From NCBI RefSeq assembly GCF_006345805.1, contig NW_021829715.1, positions 1-5,746 of the forward strand: a stretch of 5,746 nt of DNA, read 5' to 3'. Under the pieces are notes generated by a model. That model made no database searches and was not told where the DNA came from. It was given only the letters and a program-made list of their open reading frames with translations. This DNA is from Octopus sinensis (Eukaryota). Below, one piece after another: positions 1 through 5,746 of this stretch (position 1 is its first letter; every line of letters starts with the position of its first letter). The translations under genes and the position numbers were made by a program.

Positions 1-350
1 AAGTTTTCAACTGAAACAAGTGGTATGTGCTGCTCAGGCACTCAGGTAACATTGCCAGCACTACCAGCTCCTTCTCAACCTCTTATGAATCTTCTAGAAG
101 GCATTTCCATCCAGTCAAAGGATTTTCTGAGCAACATCAGACAATACAACTCTGCATTTCAAATGACATCGTTTGGTGCATCTAAGAAGATAGATAAACA
201 TGGATTTACGCCGACGTCAAAGTTCAAAGGCAAGTCTATCACTTCATTGGTTCCCTGTTACCCGCAAATGAACAACCATATTTCCTCCAAATTTACTTTA
301 TGTGTGATGTAGAACAACAAACCCAAAGGAGGTGTCAACATTTCAGATGA
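1..350 (+). pseudogene. Helitron Rep/Helicase N-terminal fragment (frameshifted; open at window start)
   Basis: Frame 1 from base 1 reads KFSTETSGMCCSGTQVTLPALPAPSQPLMNLLEG...SKDFLSNIRQYNSAFQMTSFGA...GFTPT. After a 1-nt loss at ~217 the frame starting at 219 continues KVQRQVYHFIGSLLPANEQPYFLQIYF...RRCQHFR* (TGA 348-350). MCC..G.V.LP, FL.NIR.YNSAFQMTSFGA, FKVQGQVYH.IGSLLP and FLQIYF are recognised conserved blocks upstream of the Rep domain in Helitron RepHel proteins. Confidence 0.9.
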
Positions 351-620
351 TGAGTTGTGTTAGACACAGCGCCAACTGCTGTAAAAGAGAGTATATCCAC
401 TGACAGCTTTTCGGTGCGTTCAAAAACCACATAACCCCCACCTCCAATTTTCCATGACAAGTTAGGGCCTGAAATACATCAAACGGGCGCATAGCATGTT
501 GCTTAGTCGAATTAGTCCAGCATTTACTCCACAAATGTTTTGTTGTCAACGCTGCACTTTCCCATATCACCTGTTTCAACATAACTGTAATATATTATAT
601 ACAAACTACGCCATTTTAAT

Positions 621-648
621 CCCGAGCAATGCCGAGTATCTCTGCTAG
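621..648 (+). other. Helitron 3' terminal hairpin + CTAG
   Basis: CCCGAGC-AAT-GCCGAG-TATCTCTG-CTAG|T fits the hairpin/CTRR rolling-circle termination signal; the stem is partly decayed. Confidence 0.75.
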
Positions 649-652
649 TATT

Positions 653-750
653 AATAAGTCCTGGGGGTCGATTTGCTCGACTAATGGCGGTGCTCCAGCA
701 AGACCGCAGTCAAATGACTGAAACAAGTACAAGAGTAAAAGAGTAAAAGA
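653..750 (+). mobile_element. 5'-truncated SINE (or partner LINE) 3' tail, octopus-type
   Basis: AATAAGTCCTGGGGGTCGATTTGCTCGACTAA.GGCGGTGCTCCAGCA.G.CCGCAGTCAAATGACTGAAACAA recognised from memory as an abundant Octopus retroposon 3' end. Directly visible: stem-loops GTCGA/TCGAC (667-681) and CAGTC/GACTG (707-720), then a tandem tail (GTAAAAGA)x3 at 727-750 (first unit GTACAAGA). No Pol III A/B boxes present. Confidence 0.75.
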
Positions 751-1081
751 ATGTAATTTAATTTCCAAAACTAAAAATATTGAAAGTAAGTTTCCATCAA
801 AACCAGTTCAATCGCAAATATTAAAACTACGGGTGACACTTTGTACGCATGACACCCTTATGTCTAATCTATTATTAATCAGGTGGCTCTCATCTTTATG
901 CTTAAACATTTTCCTGTTTCCATTGAGCCAAAGCTCACACCCATATCTGCTATTTCTATAAGGCTGAGCTTTTCTTATCATTTCCCATTTAAGGCTAAAC
1001 TTAATTCTACTCTCCTCTGAAAATTACTTTCTTTATTCCCTTTTTTAAAGTGTTCTTGAGCGAAACACTTCATTTCAAGTT

Positions 1082-1361
1082 GAAAAAAAAACCCATTAAA
1101 ACGACAATCGCCGCACAAACCGCCATTGTTCCCATTGTGATTTCTCTCATCTGGTTCAGTCGCTGGTTGAATAAGACATGGTCATGTCCAAAGAGAAGTC
1201 TCACGTCAACAGTGAATGAATGTACTGTTAGCAGTGGTGAATAGTGGTAAGGGTGGTGTGCGTATGGTGGTGGTTGTCTGTCTATGTGTCGCTATTGTTC
1301 GCTGGTGGGATCGGCCGTGTTGTTTACTTTTTCTCTTTCTGCTGTTATTACGTATACATAT
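1082..1361 (+). repeat. Unclassified interspersed repeat, copy A (inverted relative to 4722-5000)
   Basis: Collinear reverse-complement matches: 1097-1109 with 4976-4988 (13 bp exact), 1162-1178 with 4904-4920 (17 bp exact), 1328-1361 with 4722-4755 (34 bp exact), with diverged sequence between. Confidence 0.9.
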
Positions 1362-1406
1362 GTGTATGTATGTATATATGTATGCATATAAGTATGCATG
1401 TATGTA

Positions 1407-1437
<31 letters not shown>

Positions 1438-1729
1438 ATGTATGTATGTATGTATGTATGTATGTATATATGTATGTATATATGTATGCATATAAGTATG
1501 CATGTATGTATGTGTGTATGTATGTATGCATGTAAGTATGTATGTATGTATTATGTATGTATGCATGTAAGTATGTGTGTATGGTATGTATGTATGTAAG
1601 TATGTAAGTATGTATGTATGTATTATGTATGTATGCATGTAAGTATGTGTGTATGTATGTATGTATGTATGTATGTATGTATGCATGTAAGTATGTATGT
1701 ATGTATGTACGTATGTATGCATGTATGTA

Positions 1730-1760
<31 letters not shown>

Positions 1761-2032
1761 ATGTATGTATATATGTGTGTATGTGTGTATGTATGTATGT
1801 GTATGTATGTGTATGTATGTGTGTATGTGTGTATGTATGTATGTGTGTATGTATGTATGTATGTATGTATGTGTGTATGTATGTATTTTTTTATATATAT
1901 ATGTATGCGTGTATGTATATATTTGTGTGTGGTGTGTGTATATACTATATATATATACATATATATATATTATATATATATATATAGATATATATATATA
2001 TATATATATATAGTATGTATTTATATGTATGT

Positions 2033-2063
<31 letters not shown>
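1362..2063. repeat. Compound microsatellite: (TATG)n with TG/TGCA/TAAG variants, then (TA)n
   Basis: Directly visible: TATG-based to ~1886, TA-rich from ~1893 to 2063. Confidence 0.98.
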
Positions 2064-2108
2064 ATCTTCTACATCGTGGGATATAGCTTCACACGATGTC
2101 AAAGACAA

Positions 2109-3760
2109 CTGATTTGTGGATAGTGTGAAGTCCCCTCTCGACCCAAAATAACGTGGTGGTGGAACCATGTTGTTGACAGGGCTATTAGAGAAAAGAGACA
2201 GGCTTGGAAGGACTGGAAGAACGGTAGTAGCAGAGAATTGTATCAGACTGCAAGAAGGGAAGCTAGGAGACAGGTTTATTTAGCCAGAGGGGAAGCAGAT
2301 AAGAAAAAATTTGCCAATGTTCTGCGCCGTGAGGACCAAAGACTTGAGGTATTTCGTGTTGCAAGACAGTGTGTGAGAGAGAATTGTGATGTGGTGGGAG
2401 AGAAGTGTGTTCGCATGGATGATGGTTCACTTGCGCTAAATGAGGATGCAAAGAGAGAGGTTTGGAGCTGCCACTATGAAAGGTTGCTCAATAAAGAAAT
2501 TGAATGGGAGAATGAGAGTCTGCCAAATGTCGAGCCAACAGAGGGACCAGCTATCCGAGTTGATAGTTCCATGGTAAATAAAGCAATTAAGAGTATGAAG
2601 ACAGGGAAAGCCCCAGGCCCATCAGGAATCACTACAGAGATGCTCAAAATATCTGGCAGTGTCGGCTATAGCCTAGTCACCCGTATAGTTAACCAGGTGA
2701 TACACAAAGGAGTCATACCCAATGACTGGTGTAGTAGCATAATAGTCAACTGCTACAAAGGTAAAGGTGACGCTTTAGATACAAATAATTACAGAGGTAT
2801 CAAGCTGTTGGATCAGGTAATGAAGGTCACGGAGAGGGTCATAGCCCAACTGATTAGGGAGAGAGTCAGTTTAGATGAAATGCAGTTTGGGTTCGTGAGA
2901 CGCTGTCAGTAAGGTGGGGGCTGGCAATGAGTACAGTGAAGAATTCCGGGTAGAAGCAGGGGTCCACCAAGGTTCAGTCCTCAGACCCCTCCTATTTATC
3001 ATAGTCCTCCAGGCAATAACAGAGGAGCTGAAGACAGGATGCCCCTGAGAGCTCCTCTATGCTGAAGTAGTTGATAGCTTCCGCTACCTAGGTGACCAAG
3101 TCAGTAGTGGGAGAGAGTGCGCTGAAAGTGTAGTTGCTAGAGTAAGAATAGCTTGGGCAAAGTTCAGAGAGCTCTTACTTCTACTGATAACAAAAGGCCT
3201 CTCGCTCAGAGTAAAAAGTAGACTGTATGACGCATGTGTACGAACAGCCATGCTACATGGTAGTGAAACATGGACCGTGACTGCTGAGCACATGCGTAAG
3301 CTCGCATGGTTGAAGCAAGTATGATCCGATGGATGTGTAATGTCAGTGTTCATATTCGACAGAGTGTAAGTACCTTGAGAGAAAAGTTGGACCTAAGAAG
3401 CATCAGCTGTGGTGTGCAAGAGAGACGATTGCGCTGGTATGGTCATGTGGCGAGAATGGATGAAGATAGCTGTGTGAAAAACTGCCACACACTAGCGGTT
3501 GAGGGAACCTGTGGAAGAGGTAGATCCAGGAAAACCTGGGACGAGGTGGTGAAGCACGACCTTCGAAAATTAAGCCTCACTGAGGCAATGACTAGTGACC
3601 AAGACCTTTGGAAATATGCTGTGCTTCAGAAGATTCGGCAAGCGCAAGTGAGACCATAACCTTGTGGCCTATGCCAGGGGTGTAACCATTCCACTTATGC
3701 GTACCTTTCCTTCATTGGACACTAAACTCTGCTTGCAAAGACCTGTTGAGGCAAGTGAAA
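2109..3760 (+). mobile_element. RTE-clade non-LTR retrotransposon (LINE) fragment; 5'-truncated, internally deleted, non-functional
   Basis: Translation [34 protein letters not shown]..., KAIKSMKTGKAPGPSGI..EMLK, IPNDWCSSIIVNCYKGKGDALDTNNYRGIKLLDQVMKVTERVI, QFGF, GVHQGSVLRPLLF, LLYA, FRYLG, ARVRIAWAKFREL, HGSETW, RRLRWYGHVARM, GRGRSRKTW. These are RT and C-terminal motifs typical of RTE elements. About 100 nt of probable 3' UTR follows the stop at 3659; the right boundary is approximate and no TSD or tail is seen. Confidence 0.93.
2124..3659 (+). pseudogene. Disrupted RTE reverse transcriptase ORF
   Basis: Three pieces: 2124-2897 (frame 3), 2899-~3309 (frame 1, internal TGA at 3046-3048 at a Trp position) and ~3312-3659 (frame 3). 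Upstream TAG at 2121-2123. No endonuclease domain; deletions at ~2897 and ~3065. Confidence 0.9.
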
Positions 3761-4058
3761 GAGCATGGCCTTGAGAAGAGGCTTGTTCTTTCCTGTTCCC
3801 TCTTCCTTTCACTTATTTCATTTTACGCATTTGTATTCACTCTGATTAAGCTCCATGTACTAGATCGAATGTCCTATGGAGATGACGAATATTATTTTCA
3901 TAATTCTTTCGTAAGCACCGACTGGCAATGGAAGCGGAAACGGCCGTAAGAATTGTTATGTCACAAAAATGTTATGTCATGTTTTGTATTAAAAAATGAT
4001 CTTCAGAAACGGTTCAATTCGTTTGTTTGCTGATCAAAAGTTTTCTCTATTTTCTGGA

Positions 4059-4092
4059 TGTGTATATATATATATTATATATATATATATAG

Positions 4093-4123
<31 letters not shown>

Positions 4124-4284
4124 TTAGATAGCTAGCTAGCTAGATAGATAGATAGATAGATACTACATACATACATACATACATACATACATACTACATA
4201 CATACTACTACATACATACATACATACATACATACATACATACACACACATATATATATACATACATATATACATATACCTATT

Positions 4285-4330
<46 letters not shown>

Positions 4331-4398
4331 ATATATAAATGCACTATATATATACATATAAATACATACATAATATATATGTGTGTGTGTGTGTGTGT
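4059..4398. repeat. Compound microsatellite: (TA)n, (GCTA)n/(GATA)n, (TACA)n, (TA)n, (GT)n
   Basis: Directly visible. The TACA block (~4165-4278) is the reverse complement of the left TATG array motif. Confidence 0.98.
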
Positions 4399-4399
4399 G

Positions 4400-5000
4400 G
4401 CTACAGGACGTCACCAGCTGTCCAAGCAACATGAGATACGTAAAAACAAGACAAATAAACACAGAGAAAGGACCCTTCATCAGTTGTCGGCTGTCTAGCT
4501 ACTCCTCATTTCGAGCATTCATGGACAATATGAGTAAACAAAGATAGTTGCTCCCATAAATTCTAAAATAAAATTTAGGATTTACGGAGGGTGTTAATTT
4601 TGGACAAAAACAGGACAGTGAAGACATAGAAGGAAACCGAACGAAAAGAACATGGTCGTCAGAAGAGAACGAGAGGAAAATAGTGAACGCTTGGAGAAAT
4701 ATTTTGTTTGAATATGTGTGTATATGTATACGTAATAACAGCAGAAAGAGAAAAAAAGATGTTCCCACCAGAGAACAATAGCGACACACAGACATACAAT
4801 CACCCCACTCTTACTACTACTACTACTCTCCACTGCTAACAGAACATTCATTCCCTCTTCATGTCGGTCCTTAAGACCACCAAAAACAATACGGAAATGA
4901 ACGTGTCTTATTCAACCAGCACGTTGTGATTTAGCTGAGAATAATCACAATGTGAACAATGGTGGTTTGTGCGAAGATTGTCGTTTTAGGGATTTTTTTC
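4400..5000 (-). repeat. Unclassified interspersed repeat, copy B (possibly Penelope-like terminal-repeat derived)
   Basis: 4722-5000 is the inverted homolog of 1082-1361 (well supported). 4400-4721 is contiguous, T-rich on the minus strand and carries CGAAA...GACAACTGATGAAGGG. Its inclusion in the element and the Penelope link are inference. Confidence 0.6.
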
Positions 5001-5303
5001 TCCTCCTGTTTTCCCGTGACTGCTTTTAATGAAGTATCCTTTGAGTTTCGTAATTTTGAAGCTGGAAAAAAACATTCTCCTCGCCGGTTTACACGGTTTC
5101 TCGTAAGATTCCTAAAGCTTTCTTTCCTAATACTCAGGCGTTTCAAATTATCCTTGGATTTCTCCTTATACCATAGAAGTGGTCGGCCGAGATTTCGTCG
5201 GGAAATTTTGAAGCTAACTACGGAAGTTTCGTTTTCCTCTTCGATCATTCTTCATGCGAAGGATGTGTCCATACAATTGTATTTGAGACGGGATTAAGAA
5301 AGT

Positions 5304-5484
5304 TGATTTGCAACATGCAAAAAAATAAATAAAAAAGCTAGTTGCACCGATAACCAGCTAGCGGAGAATCTGCCTGGGGTTAAACGTGTAGTACCAGTTT
5401 GATGTGGCGACTGGCTGTACTACTTTACTACTCTATTTCTTCTCCTGATTTTACAACTAGCTTTATTTTACTTGTTACAAACCA
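5304..5484. repeat. Decayed nested foldback / long hairpin
   Basis: Nested arms: 5304-5322/5466-5484 (15 of 19 Watson-Crick), AAAGCTAGTTG 5334-5344/CAACTAGCTTT 5454-5464 (perfect), GGAGAA 5363-5368/TTCTCC 5440-5445, GTAGTAC 5388-5394/GTACTAC 5417-5423, CAGT 5395-5398/ACTG 5410-5413. Confidence 0.75.
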
Positions 5485-5545
5485 GTGACCAATGGTCACT
5501 TTGTTTATGATATATTGTTAGCGGTCTCTGGCTATCGCTCTGGCG

Positions 5546-5610
5546 TGCAGGTCGTTGCGACTGAGGATGGGCCAAAAAGCTTGAAACTGAATCAGTGTCG
5601 CGATCCTGTA
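5546..5610 (+). ncRNA. Type I hammerhead ribozyme-like motif (non-canonical GUG at cleavage triplet)
   Basis: Stem I GTTGCGA 5554-5560/TCGCGAT 5598-5604, extended past a 2-nt bulge by TGCAGG 5546-5551/CCTGTA 5605-5610. Core CTGAGGA 5561-5567; extra T 5568; stem II GGGC 5569-5572/GCTT 5579-5582 with loop CAAAAA; GAAA 5583-5586; stem III ACTG(A) from 5586/(T)CAGT to 5596; position 17 = G5597. All three helices are in exact register with the CUGANGA/GAAA/U core. Confidence 0.75.
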
Positions 5611-5746
5611 ATCTGCTAAAGGTAATAGGGTTCCTTCCGTCTGCTAACAATACACTGAAAGGCAAAAGAAACGCGAGACGCGTGTGACTGTGAAATATGT
5701 TTTAATTTCATTATGTCAGAGATAATTCTGATAATCTTATAAGGTC

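Larger units (their letters stand above)
1..648 (+). mobile_element. Non-autonomous (internally deleted) Helitron, 3' portion
   Basis: RepHel fragment at 1-350 followed on the same strand by a canonical 3' terminus: GC-rich imperfect hairpin CCCGAGCAATGCCGAG (621-636), 8-nt spacer, CTAG (645-648), then T (649), as expected for insertion at A|T. Confidence 0.8.

Noticed and set aside
343-582. 79-aa minus-strand ORF inside the Helitron
   Set aside because: No recognisable motifs; length compatible with chance.
10-728. ACTGAAACAAGT at 10-21 and 717-728 as a possible TSD
   Set aside because: One copy lies inside Helitron coding sequence and the other inside the SINE tail; neither is at an element boundary.
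915-1003. Faint repeated ATTTC..AT..AAGGCT.A.CT motif
   Set aside because: Only two or three very degenerate units; cannot be separated from low complexity.
2071-2130. Alternative 8-bp hairpins ACATCGTG/CACGATGT and CTTCACAC/GTGTGAAG
   Set aside because: The second spans the RTE junction, and no complete ribozyme core is present; likely fortuitous.
1216-2168. Many long overlapping ORFs (MYVC/HTYI-rich)
   Set aside because: Translation artefacts of stop-poor TATG/TA microsatellite.
2263-3353. Minus-strand ORFs 2263-2451 and 3084-3353
   Set aside because: Antisense shadows of the RTE coding sequence.
3746-3949. 67-aa ORF with a hydrophobic stretch
   Set aside because: TTG start inside the RTE 3' region; hydrophobicity comes from T-rich composition.
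3954-3979. TGTTATGTCA direct repeat x2
   Set aside because: Short local slippage duplication in AT-rich DNA; not an array.
4132-4480. Minus-strand ORFs of 79 and 65 aa
   Set aside because: Largely microsatellite translations.
1216-4851. Paralogous-looking peptides MNVLLAV...CLCVAIV (1216+ and 4851-)
   Set aside because: Reflect the DNA inverted repeat; frames diverge by indels and run into microsatellite, so no evidence of coding.
5468-5665. 65-aa minus-strand ORF over the hammerhead region
   Set aside because: No recognisable motif; region is better explained by + strand RNA structure.

Overview
Repeat-dense, non-genic eukaryotic DNA, most likely an octopus/coleoid cephalopod genome (inferred from recognition of the SINE tail, the RTE LINE and the long TATG/TA microsatellites). 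No intact host gene is present. In order: a frameshifted, internally deleted Helitron with its hairpin-CTAG 3' end (1-648); the 3' tail of a SINE/LINE (653-750); one copy of an unclassified repeat (1082-1361); a compound microsatellite (1362-2063); a dead RTE-clade LINE fragment with two deletions that remove the RT catalytic motifs (~2109-3760); a second microsatellite (4059-4398); and an inverted, diverged second copy of the unclassified repeat (~4400-5000). The most notable signal is at the right end: a type I hammerhead-ribozyme fold (5546-5610, + strand) at the tip of a 140-nt G-U-rich rod, preceded by two further hairpins, giving about 350 nt of near-continuous secondary structure resembling a retrozyme or Penelope-associated RNA. 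All alignments and folds were done by eye.
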